A stretch of DNA of 64,000 nucleotides from an uncultured Pseudomonadota bacterium (GTDB lineage: Bacteria > Pseudomonadota > Alphaproteobacteria > Acetobacterales > Acetobacteraceae). This document shows positions 33,453-44,281 of the stretch, in pieces (position 1 is the first letter of the stretch; the number at the start of each line of letters is the position of its first letter). The notes under the pieces were generated by a model. The model worked only from the letters and a program-made list of their open reading frames with translations. It did not search any database and was not told the DNA's origin. The stretch is taken from the NCBI GenBank assembly GCA_963832865.1, contig CAWHWH010000041.1, positions 431,532 to 495,531 on the forward strand, written 5' to 3'. The translations under genes were made by a program, and so were the position numbers.

Positions 33453-33674
33453 TTAAGACTTAGCGGCGGAACGAGTTTTTTCCGCCTGAATGGTTTTCAC
33501 CCGAGCGATTTCGCGGCGACATTCTCGCACCCGCCCGGTACCTTCCTGCTGGCCGGTGGCCCGCTGGAAACGCAGGTTGAACTGCTCCTTGCGCAGGTCC
33601 AGCAGCAGGCCGGACAGCTCATCCGGCGTCTTCGCGCGGACGTCACGCGCCTTGTAGAGGGCATTCTTGGCCAT
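33453..33674 (-). CDS. rpmC: 50S ribosomal protein L29
   Basis: '[19 protein letters not shown]'. Confidence 0.93.
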   Translation of the reverse strand: MAKNALYKARDVRAKTPDELSGLLLDLRKEQFNLRFQRATGQQEGTGRVRECRREIARVKTIQAEKTRSAAKS

Positions 33675-34090
33675 CAGGCGTCTCCGATCCGCGCGACGAA
33701 TTTCGTCCGGATCGGCAGTTTGGCCGCGCCAAGCGTCAACGCTTCCCGCGCCAGGGCCGCCGTCACGCCGTCAATCTCGAACATGATGCGGCCAGGCGCC
33801 ACGCGGGCCACCCAGAACTCGGGCGAACCCTTACCCGAGCCCATGCGGACTTCGGCAGGCTTCGTGGAGACCGGAACATCCGGAAAGATGCGGATCCATA
33901 CGCGCCCGGCGCGCCTCATGGCACGGGTGATTGCCCGCCTGGCGGACTCGATCTGACGCGCGGTGATCCGTTCCGGCTCTAGAGCCTTGAGACCGAAGGA
34001 GCCGAAATTCAGCTCCGTCCCACCCTTCGACAAGCCATGGATGCGGCCCTTATGCTGCTTGCGATACTTTGAACGCTTCGGAGAGAGCAT
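33674..34090 (-). CDS. rplP: 50S ribosomal protein L16
   Basis: '[16 protein letters not shown]'. Confidence 0.97.
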   Translation of the reverse strand: MLSPKRSKYRKQHKGRIHGLSKGGTELNFGSFGLKALEPERITARQIESARRAITRAMRRAGRVWIRIFPDVPVSTKPAEVRMGSGKGSPEFWVARVAPGRIMFEIDGVTAALAREALTLGAAKLPIRTKFVARIGDA

Positions 34091-34106
34091 TTTCTACTAT
34101 TCCAAC

Positions 34107-34784
34107 TTACCGCTGCGGCGCCTGTTCGGCGGCCTTGCGATCCTGAGCCATTGGGTCGTGAGCAAGAATCTCGCCTTTGAATACCCACACCTTGACGCCG
34201 CAAGTACCGTATGTCGTCTTCGCCGTGGCTGTGCCGTAATCGATGTCGGCGCGCAGGGTATGCAGCGGCACGCGGCCTTCGCGATACCACTCCACCCGAG
34301 CTATTTCCGCCCCGCCGAGACGCCCGCCGCAATTGATCCGGATGCCCTGAGCGCCGAGACGCATCGCCGACTGCACCGCACGCTTCATCGCGCGGCGAAA
34401 CGCCACACGGCGCTCAAGCTGCTGCGCAATGTTCTCAGCCACCAGCGTCGCATCGATTTCCGGCTTGCGGATTTCGACGATGTTCAGCGAGACATCGGCT
34501 TTGGCCATTTTGCTGAGGTCCTTCTTGAGAACCTCGATGTCCTGGCCTTTTTTGCCGATCACCACACCTGGGCGGGCCGCATAGATCGTCACCCGAGGCT
34601 TCTTCGCTGGGCGCTCGATCACCACACGGGACACGCCGGCGCCGCGCAACTTGGTGCGCAGATGATTGCGCAGCTTGAAATCCTCGTGCAGCAATTTGGA
34701 ATAGTCGGCACCGGCGAACCAGCGGCTATCCCAGGTACGGTTGATGCCGAGGCGTAGGCCGACCGGATTTACTTTGTGACCCAT
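34107..34784 (-). CDS. rpsC: 30S ribosomal protein S3
   Basis: '[23 protein letters not shown]'. Start trimmed. Confidence 0.97.
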   Translation of the reverse strand: MGHKVNPVGLRLGINRTWDSRWFAGADYSKLLHEDFKLRNHLRTKLRGAGVSRVVIERPAKKPRVTIYAARPGVVIGKKGQDIEVLKKDLSKMAKADVSLNIVEIRKPEIDATLVAENIAQQLERRVAFRRAMKRAVQSAMRLGAQGIRINCGGRLGGAEIARVEWYREGRVPLHTLRADIDYGTATAKTTYGTCGVKVWVFKGEILAHDPMAQDRKAAEQAPQR

Positions 34785-34785
34785 A

Positions 34786-35178
34786 TTATGCGGTCTCCCC
34801 TTCGTCCTGCGCGCGTTCAGCGACAACGATCTTTAAATGGCTGAACCACTTTTCAACGCGTGAGGCACGGCCTCGGCCACGGGCGTGGAAGCGGCGCATC
34901 ACGATCGAACGCCCCACTTCGGCGCGGGCAACGACCAAGCGGTCCACGTCAAGCGAATGATTGTTCTCGGCGTTCGAGATAGCGCTTTGAAGTGCCTTCT
35001 TCACTTGACCCGCGATACGGCGCTTACTGAAGGTCAGCGTCGCGACGGCACGTTCGGCCGGCAGGTTACGGATCATCGCGGCAACCAGATTGAGCTTTCG
35101 AGGGCTGATCCGCAGGTTGCTGACAATGCATTGAGCCTCGGTGTCCGGGAGGCCCCGATCGTGGGATGGCTTGCTCAT
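34786..35178 (-). CDS. rplV: 50S ribosomal protein L22
   Basis: '[17 protein letters not shown]'. Start trimmed. Confidence 0.95.
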   Translation of the reverse strand: MSKPSHDRGLPDTEAQCIVSNLRISPRKLNLVAAMIRNLPAERAVATLTFSKRRIAGQVKKALQSAISNAENNHSLDVDRLVVARAEVGRSIVMRRFHARGRGRASRVEKWFSHLKIVVAERAQDEGETA

Positions 35179-35179
35179 G

Positions 35180-35458
35180 TTAGCCGCGCCTCGCCTTCTT
35201 GTCGGCCGCGTGACCAGTAAAAGTACGGGTTGGCGAGAATTCACCAAACTTGTGGCCGACCATGTTCTCGTTCACCTGCACCGGCAGGAACTTGTGACCG
35301 TTGTAGACCCCGAAGGTTAGGCCAACGAATTGCGGCAGTATGGTCGAGCGGCGCGACCAGATCTTGATGATCTCGTTGCGCGACGATGCCTTCGACGTCT
35401 CGGCCTTTTGCAACAGGTAACCGTCCACGAACGGCCCCTTCCATACGGAACGCGCCAT
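35180..35458 (-). CDS. rpsS: 30S ribosomal protein S19
   Basis: '[12 protein letters not shown]' and 'VYNGHKF'. Confidence 0.97.
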   Translation of the reverse strand: MARSVWKGPFVDGYLLQKAETSKASSRNEIIKIWSRRSTILPQFVGLTFGVYNGHKFLPVQVNENMVGHKFGEFSPTRTFTGHAADKKARRG

Positions 35459-35459
35459 C

Positions 35460-36290
35460 TTACTTACCCTTGTTCCGGCGGCGGATGATCAGGCTGTCCG
35501 TCCGCTTGTTGCCGCGCGTCTTGTAGCCCTTAGCCGGCTGACCCCAGGGCGAGACCGGATGACGGCCACCCGAGCTGCGGCCTTCGCCACCACCTAGCGG
35601 GTGATCGACTGGGTTCATCACCACACCGCGGTTGTGCGGCTTGAACCCCAGCCAGCGCATGCGCCCGGCCTTCCCGACTTTCTGGTTCATGTTGTCCGGA
35701 TTGGACACCGCACCGACCGAGGCAATGCACTCGGATCGCACGACGCGCAGTTCACCCGACATCAGTTTGATCTGGGCGTAGCCCGCGTCCTTACCGACCA
35801 ACTGCGCGAAGGTGCCAGCTGACCGGGCGATCTTGCCACCGGCACCAACCTTCATCTCGATATTGTGGATGATCGTGCCCACCGGAATGGCGGCGAGCGG
35901 CATCGCGTTACCTGGCTTGATGTCCACCCGGTTCCCGGCGATCACCTGGTCACCAACCTTCAATCGCTGCGGTGCCAGGATGTAAGCGAGTTCGCCGTCC
36001 TGGTACTTGATCAGCGCAATGAACGCGGTGCGGTTGGGGTCGTATTCCAGCCGCTGAACCACGCCTGGCACGTCGAACTTGCGACGCTTGAAGTCCACCA
36101 CACGATAGGCTTGCTTATGTCCACCGCCGCGGAACCGGGTAGTGATGCGGCCATGGTTGTTGCGTCCGCCGTGGCTGTGCTGTCCCTCGGTCAGCCCCTT
36201 GACGGGCTTGCCCTTCCACAGCTCGGAGCGGTCGATCAGGATGGTGCCGCGAAGGCTGGCCGTAACGGGATTAAATTGCCTGAGTGCCAT
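35460..36290 (-). CDS. rplB: 50S ribosomal protein L2
   Basis: 276 aa with 'GGGHKQ.YR' and 'MNPVDHP.GGGEGR'. Confidence 0.97.
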   Translation of the reverse strand: MALRQFNPVTASLRGTILIDRSELWKGKPVKGLTEGQHSHGGRNNHGRITTRFRGGGHKQAYRVVDFKRRKFDVPGVVQRLEYDPNRTAFIALIKYQDGELAYILAPQRLKVGDQVIAGNRVDIKPGNAMPLAAIPVGTIIHNIEMKVGAGGKIARSAGTFAQLVGKDAGYAQIKLMSGELRVVRSECIASVGAVSNPDNMNQKVGKAGRMRWLGFKPHNRGVVMNPVDHPLGGGEGRSSGGRHPVSPWGQPAKGYKTRGNKRTDSLIIRRRNKGK

Positions 36291-36315
36291 TTCAGTTCTG
36301 TGCCTTCCGGGCGCT

Positions 36316-36636
36316 CTACGCGAGGCCGGTGGTGAAATCGATCGACTGGCCGGGCGCCAGGGTCACGATGGCCTTCTTAAGGTCCGAGCGCACGCCCGGG
36401 CGTCCCTTGAAGCGCTTGGTCTTGCCTTTCTGGATCAACGTGTTCACCGAGAGCACCTTGACGTTGAACAGCGTCTCGATCGCCGCCGCGATCTCCGGCT
36501 TGGTAGCGTCGGTGGCGACCTTGAAGCCGACCTGATTCTGCTCGGACAGAATGGTCATCTTCTCGGTGATCAGCGGCGCGCGAATGATGTTGTACATCCG
36601 CTCCCGCGAAAGCGGCTGCTTCGGGGCGACGGTCAT
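36316..36636 (-). CDS. rplW: 50S ribosomal protein L23
   Basis: '[10 protein letters not shown]' and 'VNT....GK.KRF'. Confidence 0.95.
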   Translation of the reverse strand: MTVAPKQPLSRERMYNIIRAPLITEKMTILSEQNQVGFKVATDATKPEIAAAIETLFNVKVLSVNTLIQKGKTKRFKGRPGVRSDLKKAIVTLAPGQSIDFTTGLA

Positions 36637-37529
36637 GCCGTTTCTCCTGTGCCAGACGCTTTGGCGGTGCCAGACGCTTCAGCGGTGCCAGACGCTTCGG
36701 CGGTGCCAGACGCTTCGGCGGTGCCAGACGCTTCGGCGGTGCCAGACGCTTCGGCGGTGCCAGACGCTTCGGCGGTGCCAGACGCTTCGGCTGTCGCAGG
36801 CGCTTCGGCCTCTACTGTCTCCCGCGCTTCGGCGACGCTCCCCGCCACGGGGGGTGCGGTGACCTCTTCTGTCCTTGGGAGAACTTGGGCGGAGATAGTT
36901 TGGGCGGTTGGGGCACCATTAATGCGCGCCTTCAGACCCTCGAGCCCGGCGGCAGTGATCGCTAGAACGTCATGGTTCAGGATGTCGTACACGTTAGCGC
37001 CGATGGTCGGCAGCACATCCAGTCGATGGATATTGCGGCAGGCGCGCTGGAAGCCCTCATCCACGGCACCATCGATAATAAGTGCCGACGTCCAGCCGAG
37101 TAACTTGATCTTCTTGGCCAATTCACCGGTCTTCGGCGCAATCTTCGCATCGTCCAAGATGACCAGCTTGTTCTCAGCTAGTTTTTGGGACAACGCGGAA
37201 ATCAGTCCCAGTCGGCGCACTTTCTTGTTGAGGCTGTACGCGTGAGACCGCACGACCGGACCATGAACCACGCCACCGGTGCGAAACTGCGGTGAACGCA
37301 GGCTGCCCTGACGTGCGTTGCCTGTGCCCTTCTGCTTGTATGGCTTCCTCGTCGTACCGGAGACTTCCGCCATCCCCTTGACCTTGTGGTTGCCGCCGCG
37401 ACGCTTGGACAACTGCCAATGAACAACACGCGCCATGATATCCGGGCGGGGCGTAATCTTGAAAATCTCGTCCGGCAGATCGGCGTTGCCGGCGGAGGCG
37501 TTTTCAAGCGTAATGATATCTACCTGCAT
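36633..37529 (-). CDS. rplD: 50S ribosomal protein L4 with a ~90-aa acidic Ala/Glu/Ser/Thr/Gly C-terminal extension
   Basis: Core '[26 protein letters not shown]'. The product is 298 aa against about 205 aa typical for L4, and the tail ends in (AEASGT)x7-AKASGT. Confidence 0.95.
   Translation of the reverse strand: MQVDIITLENASAGNADLPDEIFKITPRPDIMARVVHWQLSKRRGGNHKVKGMAEVSGTTRKPYKQKGTGNARQGSLRSPQFRTGGVVHGPVVRSHAYSLNKKVRRLGLISALSQKLAENKLVILDDAKIAPKTGELAKKIKLLGWTSALIIDGAVDEGFQRACRNIHRLDVLPTIGANVYDILNHDVLAITAAGLEGLKARINGAPTAQTISAQVLPRTEEVTAPPVAGSVAEARETVEAEAPATAEASGTAEASGTAEASGTAEASGTAEASGTAEASGTAEASGTAKASGTGETA
36649..36810. repeat. tandem 18-bp repeat GTGCCAGACGCTTCGGCG, 8 near-perfect units (36649-36792) plus 1 degenerate unit, inside the 3' end of rplD
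   Basis: Units counted directly at 36649, 36667, 36685, 36703, 36721, 36739, 36757 and 36775. The repeat is in-frame and encodes a hexapeptide. Confidence 0.95.
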
Positions 37530-37540
37530 CTGCCTGTTCC

Positions 37541-38242
37541 TCAGCCCGCCGCTGTCGCTTCAATGAGCGCCGCCGGATAGGCCGCATCAGCTGGACGCGC
37601 GCTCTTGATCGCGTCGCGCACCAGCACGTAGCCATTCTTGCTGCCGGGAACCGCACCCTTGATCATCAGCAGGCCTTTTTCCGCGTCCACCGCCGCCACT
37701 TCCAGATTGAGGGTGGTGATCCGCTCGACACCGAGGTGACCGGCCATCTTCTTGTTCTTGAAAGTCTTTCCGGGATCCTGTCGATTACCCGTCGAACCCA
37801 GGCTGCGATGGCTGACCGATACGCCATGCGAGGCTTCGAGACCGGCGAAGTTCCACCGCTTCATACCCCCAGCGAAGCCTTTACCCTTAGAAGTGCCACA
37901 CACGTCGACCTTCTGGCCGGCAAGGAAGTGTGCGGCTGACAAAGTGGCGCCGGGCTCGAGCAGCGCATCGGTTCCTACACGGAATTCCACCAGCTTCTGT
38001 TTCGGCTCGACCTTCGCTTTGGCAAAATGACCACGTTGAGGCCTGGTGACGTTCTTCACCTTCGCCTTTCCGTACCCAATCTGGATGGCCGTGTAGCCGT
38101 TCTTTTCCTCGGTGCGCGTGGCCACGACCTGCACTTGGTCGAGGTGCAGCACGGTGACGGGCACATGAGTGCCATCGTCTTTGAATATGCGGGTCATACC
38201 AAGCTTTTTGGCGAGCAGACCGGTGCGTAGAGGCTGGGGCAT
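37541..38242 (-). CDS. rplC: 50S ribosomal protein L3
   Basis: '[15 protein letters not shown]'. Start placed at MPQPL, 4 nt after the rpsJ stop. Confidence 0.95.
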   Translation of the reverse strand: MPQPLRTGLLAKKLGMTRIFKDDGTHVPVTVLHLDQVQVVATRTEEKNGYTAIQIGYGKAKVKNVTRPQRGHFAKAKVEPKQKLVEFRVGTDALLEPGATLSAAHFLAGQKVDVCGTSKGKGFAGGMKRWNFAGLEASHGVSVSHRSLGSTGNRQDPGKTFKNKKMAGHLGVERITTLNLEVAAVDAEKGLLMIKGAVPGSKNGYVLVRDAIKSARPADAAYPAALIEATAAG

Positions 38243-38246
38243 GGCG

Positions 38247-38555
38247 CTAGATCTTGATCTCAACATCCACGCCGGCGGCGAGGTCGAGCTTCATCAGCGC
38301 GTCCACCGTCTGCGGCGTCGGTTCGACGATGTCCAACAGCCGGCGATGCGTTCGGATTTCGAACTGCTCGCGGCTTTTTTTGTCCACGTGCGGGGATCGG
38401 TTCACCGTGAAACGCTCGATATGCGTCGGCAGCGGGATCGGTCCGCGAACCCGGGCACCCGTGCGCTTGGCCGTGTTCACGATCTCCTTCGTGCTGTTGT
38501 CCAGCACGCGGTGATCGTAGGCCTTCAGGCGGATGCGGATATTCTGGTTGTCCAT
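38247..38555 (-). CDS. rpsJ: 30S ribosomal protein S10
   Basis: '[15 protein letters not shown]'. Confidence 0.97.
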   Translation of the reverse strand: MDNQNIRIRLKAYDHRVLDNSTKEIVNTAKRTGARVRGPIPLPTHIERFTVNRSPHVDKKSREQFEIRTHRRLLDIVEPTPQTVDALMKLDLAAGVDVEIKI

Positions 38556-38651
38556 CGTTCGCTCTCAAATCCTCGCCGAAACGAGGGCCGGCGTCCCGCG
38601 CGTCCACCAAGGGATCTTGGCACGGGCGAGACGCCGGCGGTGTTTCGTCTC

Positions 38652-39842
38652 TTACTTCTGGATGCTGGCAACCACGCCCGCGCCGACGGTCCGGCCACCT
38701 TCGCGGATCGCGAAGCGCAGACCGTCATCCATCGCGATCGGTGCGATCAATTCAACCGACATTGAGACGTTGTCGCCCGGCATCACCATTTCCGTGCCTT
38801 CCGGCAACGAAACGACGCCGGTCACATCCGTGGTACGGAAGTAGAATTGCGGACGATAGTTGGTAAAAAACGGGGTGTGACGGCCGCCTTCTTCCTTCGT
38901 CAAAATGTAGGCTTCCGCCTTGAACTGGGTGTGCGGCGTAATGCTGCCGGGCTTGGCCAAAACCTGACCGCGCTCGACGTCCTCACGCTTCGTGCCGCGC
39001 AACAGTGCGCCAATGTTGTCCCCCGCCTGGCCCTGATCGAGAAGTTTGCGGAACATTTCGACGCCCGTCACGACGGTTTTCACAGTCGGCTTGATACCAA
39101 CGATCTCGACTTCCTCGCCGACCCGGACGATGCCGCGCTCGACGCGGCCAGTCACCACGGTGCCGCGGCCGGAGATGGAGAAAACGTCTTCGATCGGCAT
39201 CAGGAACGGACGGTCGGTCGCGCGCTCCGGTTGCGGGATGTAGGCGTCGACCGCTTTCATCAGCTCCAGGACGGAATCATGGCCGAGTTCCGGCTTGGTC
39301 CCTTCCAGGGCGCACAGGGCCGAGCCCTTGATGATGGGAATGTCGTCGCCAGGAAACTCATAGAAGGACAGCAACTCGCGCAGTTCCATCTCCACAAGCT
39401 CGACCAACTCTGGATCGTCCACCAAGTCGATCTTGTTCAGGTAGACCACCAGTGCCGGCACGCCGACCTGACGGGCGAGCAAGATGTGCTCCCGGGTCTG
39501 CGGCATCGGGCCATCGGCGGCGGACACGACAAGGATAGCGCCGTCCATCTGCGCGGCGCCGGTGATCATGTTCTTCACATAGTCGGCATGACCGGGACAA
39601 TCGACGTGTGCGTAATGGCGGTTCTTCGTCTCGTATTCGACGTGCGCGGTGGAGATCGTGATGCCCCGCGCCTTTTCTTCCGGCGCCTTATCGATCTGGT
39701 CATAGGCCGTATAGGTAGCGCCGCCGGTTTCCGCCAGCACCTTGGTGATGGCGGCTGTCAGCGACGTCTTGCCGTGATCGACGTGGCCGATCGTGCCAAT
39801 GTTGCAGTGCGGCTTGTTCCGCTCGAATTTCGCCTTACCCAT
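38652..39842 (-). CDS. tuf: elongation factor Tu
   Basis: 396 aa with '[15 protein letters not shown]', 'DCPGHADY' and 'NKIDLV'. Confidence 0.98.
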   Translation of the reverse strand: MGKAKFERNKPHCNIGTIGHVDHGKTSLTAAITKVLAETGGATYTAYDQIDKAPEEKARGITISTAHVEYETKNRHYAHVDCPGHADYVKNMITGAAQMDGAILVVSAADGPMPQTREHILLARQVGVPALVVYLNKIDLVDDPELVELVEMELRELLSFYEFPGDDIPIIKGSALCALEGTKPELGHDSVLELMKAVDAYIPQPERATDRPFLMPIEDVFSISGRGTVVTGRVERGIVRVGEEVEIVGIKPTVKTVVTGVEMFRKLLDQGQAGDNIGALLRGTKREDVERGQVLAKPGSITPHTQFKAEAYILTKEEGGRHTPFFTNYRPQFYFRTTDVTGVVSLPEGTEMVMPGDNVSMSVELIAPIAMDDGLRFAIREGGRTVGAGVVASIQK

Positions 39843-39914
39843 CGTAATCTCCGTAGATCCGGAACGGGACCTGTTGAGTTGCCCTTGCCTAAGTCATCCA
39901 GGCGCTACCAGCGC

Positions 39915-40391
39915 CTACCAACGATAATGGGAGAAAGCCTTGTTGGCTTCAGCCATTCGATGGGTATCTTCGCGCTTCTTCACTGCTGAGCCACGGTTGT
40001 TCACCGCATCCAGCAATTCATTGGATAGACGATCCTGCATCGTATGCTCCCCGCGCTTCCGGGCGGCATCGATGATCCAACGGATTGCCAGCGCCTGACG
40101 CCGCTCCGTCCGCACTTCGACCGGCACCTGATACGTGGCACCGCCGACGCGGCGAGAACGGACCTCGACGGCCGGCTTCACGTTGTCCAGGGCCTCATGG
40201 AACATCCGCACCGGATCGGCCGCCTGGCCGCCACGGCGCTTCAACACGTCGAGCGCATTGTAGACAATCCCCTCCGCGGCGGACTTCTTGCCATCATACA
40301 TCAGCGCATTCATGAAACGACTGATGACAATGTCGCCGAACTTCGCGTCCGGCAGGATCTCGCGCTTATCAGCGCGGTGACGACGAGACAT
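39915..40391 (-). CDS. rpsG: 30S ribosomal protein S7
   Basis: '[17 protein letters not shown]'. Confidence 0.97.
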   Translation of the reverse strand: MSRRHRADKREILPDAKFGDIVISRFMNALMYDGKKSAAEGIVYNALDVLKRRGGQAADPVRMFHEALDNVKPAVEVRSRRVGGATYQVPVEVRTERRQALAIRWIIDAARKRGEHTMQDRLSNELLDAVNNRGSAVKKREDTHRMAEANKAFSHYRW

Positions 40392-40402
40392 GCGATCGCC
40401 CC

Positions 40403-40774
40403 TTACTTTGGACGCTTCGCGCCATACAGCGACCGGCGCTGACGGCGCTTGGCGATGCCCTGGGTATCCAGCACGCCACGAAGGATGTGATAGCGGACGC
40501 CGGGAAGGTCCTTCACGCGCCCGCCGCGGATCAGAACCACCGAATGTTCCTGCAGATTGTGGCCTTCGCCCGGAATATAGCTGACCACCTCGTAGCCGTT
40601 GGTCAGACGAACCTTCGCGACCTTACGCAGCGCGGAGTTCGGCTTCTTCGGCGTCGTGGTATAGACACGCGTGCAGACGCCGCGCTTCTGCGGGCAACCT
40701 TGCAGGGCCGGAACCGAGTTTCGGTGCTTCGGCCGCTCGCGCCCGTGGGCGATAAGCTGGTTGATGGTCGGCAT
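40403..40774 (-). CDS. rpsL: 30S ribosomal protein S12
   Basis: 'MPTINQLI' and '[17 protein letters not shown]'. Confidence 0.98.
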   Translation of the reverse strand: MPTINQLIAHGRERPKHRNSVPALQGCPQKRGVCTRVYTTTPKKPNSALRKVAKVRLTNGYEVVSYIPGEGHNLQEHSVVLIRGGRVKDLPGVRYHILRGVLDTQGIAKRRQRRSLYGAKRPK

Positions 40775-41008
40775 GGACCTCTTTCTCTATCTCGGTTCGT
40801 GCTTCGCCTTGGGGGTTTTGCTCCAATCGCCGCTTAACAGACAAAACCCACCGGCATGGGAACAATCCCATCCAGCGGGGTTTCGGAGACAGACGGCCTA
40901 AGCCCAACCTAACCGGGTGAGCGGCGCCGCATGCGTCGTTTGCCTGCGAACCGACGACTGTCCCGTCAGGAAAGGCTCCTGAATCCCTTGGGTCAGCCGA
41001 GGGCGCGA

Positions 41009-41037
41009 TCTCTAGAAGCCCCTTCGGACCGAGTCAA
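41009..41037 (-). promoter_or_regulatory. candidate sigma70-type promoter for rpsL (TTGACT-N17-TAGAGA)
   Basis: On the minus strand, TTGACT sits at 41037-41032, then a 17-nt spacer, then TAGAGA at 41014-41009. This is about 235 nt upstream of the rpsL ATG. Motif match only. Confidence 0.3.
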
Positions 41038-41316
41038 GCGGTCAAGGCCGCCGCTATGTCGGAATCGTGCATGGCGGATATTCCGTGCTTCTGGAACACC
41101 ATCGGCACGGACTAAGCTTGGCGCGTCCAGGTCAGGAAGCACCCGCGTGCGCAAGGCCAATGCTTAATCGCACCGTTCACGGCGGCAGGGGGGATTCGTT
41201 CACGGCATGACCAGGTTCCGCCAGCTTGGCCGCTGTCACCGTCGAATGGACGTTCCGCTTTGCGGGACCATGCTCTATGCACGCCCGCGCCGGCTATTCG
41301 GTCAGTCGGGGGATTC

Positions 41317-41371
41317 GGAGAGACCTTATATGGAGAGACTCTATATAATTATATGGAGAAACTCTGTATAA
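41317..41371 (+). promoter_or_regulatory. AT-rich leader with three ~15-nt direct repeats (GGAGARACYYTRTAT) and a 13-codon uORF (41330-41371, MERLYIIIWRNSV*) whose stop overlaps the asnB-like start (TAATG)
   Basis: Repeat units at 41317-41331, 41332-41346 and 41355-41369. The uORF has a GGAG SD 9 nt upstream and is built almost entirely of codons that are rare in a GC-rich genome (AGA x2, ATA x2, ATT, TAT, GTA, TCT). Confidence 0.5.
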
Positions 41372-43134
41372 TGTGCGGTATTGCTGGTCTGCTCCTATCC
41401 CCCGGCGCGCCACCGCCAGACCCCAGAGTGCTGTCCAAACTGATTGGAGCCCTGCACCATCGCGGCCCGGACGGGATCGGCCACGCGGTGATGGGCCGCG
41501 TAGCGCTGCTGCACAACCGGCTGGCGATCATTGACCTGGTGACGGGCGATCAGCCGTTTTTCTCTGGGACCGCGACACTGGTGGCAAACGGAGAAATCTA
41601 TAACTACCGCGAGCTTCGCGAATCGTTGCCCGGTGTCAGTTTTGCAACCAACAGTGACTGCGAACCGCCGCTCCATCTCTGGTTGCGCGATGGGTCTGAC
41701 TACGTGAAGCAGCTTCGTGGCATGTACGGAATCGCTATTCACGAGCGCGTGCGTCGAACCGTCACGCTGTCTCGCGACCCTTTCGGAATCAAGCCGCTGT
41801 ATGTCGCTACAGTCGATGGAGGTCTGGCATTCGCCTCGGAGCCTCAGGCGCTGCTCGAAGCCGGCCTTGTGAAGCGCGTGGTACGGCCGGCGGCGGTGGA
41901 GGAGCTATTGCAACTCCAGTTCACCACCGGCGCGGATACCATTTTTGAAGGCATCCAGCGGGTGCTGCCGGGTGAGACGATCACCTGTTCCGGCGGGCAC
42001 ATCCTGGAGCGGCGGCAAATCAATCCGGTCCCGATGACGCCGCCGGAGGATATAGATGAGGCAACCGCGATCCAGCGGCTGGATCAGGCGTTGATGGAGA
42101 GTGTCGATCTGCATCAGCGCAGCGACGTGCCATATGGGATGTTCTTGTCCGGCGGCATCGATAGTGCGGCCCTGATCACCCTGATGGCTCGGCTGAATGA
42201 GGAGCCTGTGCTGGCGTTTACCGCCGGATTCGACACGCCCGGCGCCGCCGACGAACGTGAGCAGGCAGCGATTGTCGCCCGCGCTGTAGGAGCCAGGCAC
42301 GAACCGATGGAAGTATCGGAAAAAATGGTGTGGCAGCATCTGCCGGAGATTGTCGCGGCGATGGACGACCCAACGATGGATTACGCCATCATCCCATCGT
42401 GGTTTCTCGCCAGGCGTGCCAGGGAGGACGTCAAGGTGGTATTGACCGGCGAGGGCGGCGACGAGATCTTCGGCGGATACAAGCGCTACCGGCAGGCCAC
42501 ATTGCCCTGGTGGCGCGGCGGCCGGACGATGTGGGCCGGCGGCAGCTTCGATAAAGTCCCGGTACTCCGTTCGCACCCGACTACTTGGCGCGATGGCATG
42601 GCAGCAGCGGAAATCCGAGCGGCGGAGGGCGGCCGGTCTGCCTTGGCGGCGGCTCAGGCGCTGGATATGACCGACTGGCTGCCGCATGACCTGCTGCTGA
42701 AACTGGATCGCTGCATGATGGCGCACGGAGTTGAGGGACGAACGCCGTTCTTGGATTCGGGCGTAATGGCCGCCGCGTTCCGGTTGCCCGACGCGATGAA
42801 GTTGCGGCGCGGGATCGGGAAGTGGATTCTCCGCAAATGGCTGGAGAAGAACCAGCCCGCAGTGCAGCCGTTCGCGCCTAAATCGGGGTTTACCGTACCA
42901 GTCGGCGAATGGATCAAGGTGCAGGGGACGCGGCTGGGTCCACTTGTGGCGGCGCAACCAGGGGTAGCAGAGATCGCCCATCCTGAGAGGGTGGAGGCGC
43001 TGTTTCGAGATATCCGGCGCTGGCGGCACGGGTTTGCCTGCTGGAAGCTGCTGTTCTATGCGCTGTGGCACAGGCGGCACATCCTGGGGCTGCGGCCCTC
43101 AGGGGATGTCTGGGAGACACTGGCGGCGCGGTAA
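41371..43134 (+). CDS. asnB: asparagine synthase (glutamine-hydrolysing), AsnB family
   Basis: 'MCGIAG' gives the obligatory N-terminal Cys nucleophile, which fixes the start at 41371; the track ORF starts at 41260. Also 'FLSGGIDSAAL' (PP-loop) and 'EGGDEIFGGY'. Confidence 0.9.
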   Translation: MCGIAGLLLSPGAPPPDPRVLSKLIGALHHRGPDGIGHAVMGRVALLHNRLAIIDLVTGDQPFFSGTATLVANGEIYNYRELRESLPGVSFATNSDCEPPLHLWLRDGSDYVKQLRGMYGIAIHERVRRTVTLSRDPFGIKPLYVATVDGGLAFASEPQALLEAGLVKRVVRPAAVEELLQLQFTTGADTIFEGIQRVLPGETITCSGGHILERRQINPVPMTPPEDIDEATAIQRLDQALMESVDLHQRSDVPYGMFLSGGIDSAALITLMARLNEEPVLAFTAGFDTPGAADEREQAAIVARAVGARHEPMEVSEKMVWQHLPEIVAAMDDPTMDYAIIPSWFLARRAREDVKVVLTGEGGDEIFGGYKRYRQATLPWWRGGRTMWAGGSFDKVPVLRSHPTTWRDGMAAAEIRAAEGGRSALAAAQALDMTDWLPHDLLLKLDRCMMAHGVEGRTPFLDSGVMAAAFRLPDAMKLRRGIGKWILRKWLEKNQPAVQPFAPKSGFTVPVGEWIKVQGTRLGPLVAAQPGVAEIAHPERVEALFRDIRRWRHGFACWKLLFYALWHRRHILGLRPSGDVWETLAAR

Positions 43135-43236
43135 CTTTTCCTGACACCCTTTCCCGACACTGCTTGACTTGGATGAACGCTCCGATCATAGGGCGGCTTG
43201 AAATCGGCGTTATAAGGGCGCCGCGGAGCCGGCGAT

Positions 43237-43312
43237 GGGGCTGTAGCTCAGTTGGGAGAGCGCCTCGTTCGCAATGAGGAGGCCAGGGGTTCGATTCCCC
43301 TCAGCTCCACCA
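43237..43312 (+). tRNA. tRNA-Ala (anticodon CGC), CCA encoded
   Basis: Cloverleaf folded by hand: acceptor GGGGCTG/CAGCTCC with the G3:U70 Ala identity pair, D-arm GCTC-AGTTGGGA-GAGC, anticodon loop TTCGCAA, and T-arm GGGGTTCGATTCCCC. Confidence 0.93.
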
Positions 43313-43411
43313 TCGTCCGGAGTGGGGGAACGCGGATGCACCATGTCGGGTCTTCGATAAGCGCGCGCACTCTATTCGCTTTGCCGGAATGAATTATGGC
43401 GCCTAAGTGAC

Positions 43412-43822
43412 ATGAGCATCCCGTTCCTGGTTTGCATGGCTGTCGCCGCTTCTTTCTACCATTTGCCTCCGCGCGTGTTGCCCGCGATCCAGGCGGTTGA
43501 AGGGGGACGGCCGGGCCTGATCCAGCCAAACACCAATGGCACCGCCGATCTGGGACTGATGCAAATCAACAGCATCTGGATCGAGCCGCTGGCTCGACTT
43601 GCCCATATGCCGGCGCAGACGGTGGCTTATCGGCTCCTCGACGATCCCTGCTTCAATATCGCAGCCGCGGCGGCGATTATGCGAGCGTATCTAAGCGAGG
43701 CGCAGGGAAATCTGATGATCGCGATCGGGTTCTACAATTCGCATACCCCGGGGTTCGGTGCCATCTATCAGCAAAAGGTGCTGGCCGCTGCCGCAACGTT
43801 GTTCAGCGGAAAGCGGCACTAG
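43412..43822 (+). CDS. small lytic transglycosylase (SLT-domain, VirB1/IagB-like)
   Basis: 'AIQAVEGG' (catalytic Glu) and 'NGTADLGLMQINS'. Confidence 0.8.
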   Translation: MSIPFLVCMAVAASFYHLPPRVLPAIQAVEGGRPGLIQPNTNGTADLGLMQINSIWIEPLARLAHMPAQTVAYRLLDDPCFNIAAAAAIMRAYLSEAQGNLMIAIGFYNSHTPGFGAIYQQKVLAAAATLFSGKRH

Positions 43823-43837
43823 ACACGATAGAAGATC

Positions 43838-44281
43838 GTGTCTCTTCAATCGGATGAGCAGCGCATGCGCAAACGCCTCCAGCGTGACAACCGTGGCTTC
43901 ACCTTGCTTGAACTGCTTGTGGTCATCGCCATCCTGGGGCTGCTGATCGGCCTCGTCGCGCCAGCGGTGCTTCGGCAGCTTGGCAGCGCCCGGACCTCGA
44001 TTGCCAAGCAGTCGATTGATCGGATTGGGTCCATCCTGGACATGTACAAGCTGGACGCCGGGACCTACCCGAGCACCGATCAGGGCCTGCGGGCGCTTGT
44101 GGAGCGACCTACGGACGTTCCTAGTTGGAACGGGCCTTATGTTAAAGGCGATGTCCCGGTCGATCCTTGGAACCACCCTTACGTCTATCGTGATCCATCC
44201 GCGCGAGCCGGGCATGACTATGACCTGTGTTCGGCGGGGCCATCGGGAAGCGGTGGTGATCAGGAGATCTGCAACCCCTAG
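43838..44281 (+). CDS. gspG: type II secretion major pseudopilin GspG (alternative start ATG 43865)
   Basis: 'RG|FTLLELLVVIAILGLL' prepilin motif, and 'YKLD.G.YPST.QGL.ALV..P...P.W.GPY......DPW..PY.Y' typical of GspG. Confidence 0.9.
   Translation: MSLQSDEQRMRKRLQRDNRGFTLLELLVVIAILGLLIGLVAPAVLRQLGSARTSIAKQSIDRIGSILDMYKLDAGTYPSTDQGLRALVERPTDVPSWNGPYVKGDVPVDPWNHPYVYRDPSARAGHDYDLCSAGPSGSGGDQEICNP

Noticed and set aside
36649-36810. Regular 18-bp repeats considered as a possible CRISPR array
   Set aside because: The units are directly adjacent with no spacers. They are in frame within rplD and encode a hexapeptide repeat. No cas genes are nearby.
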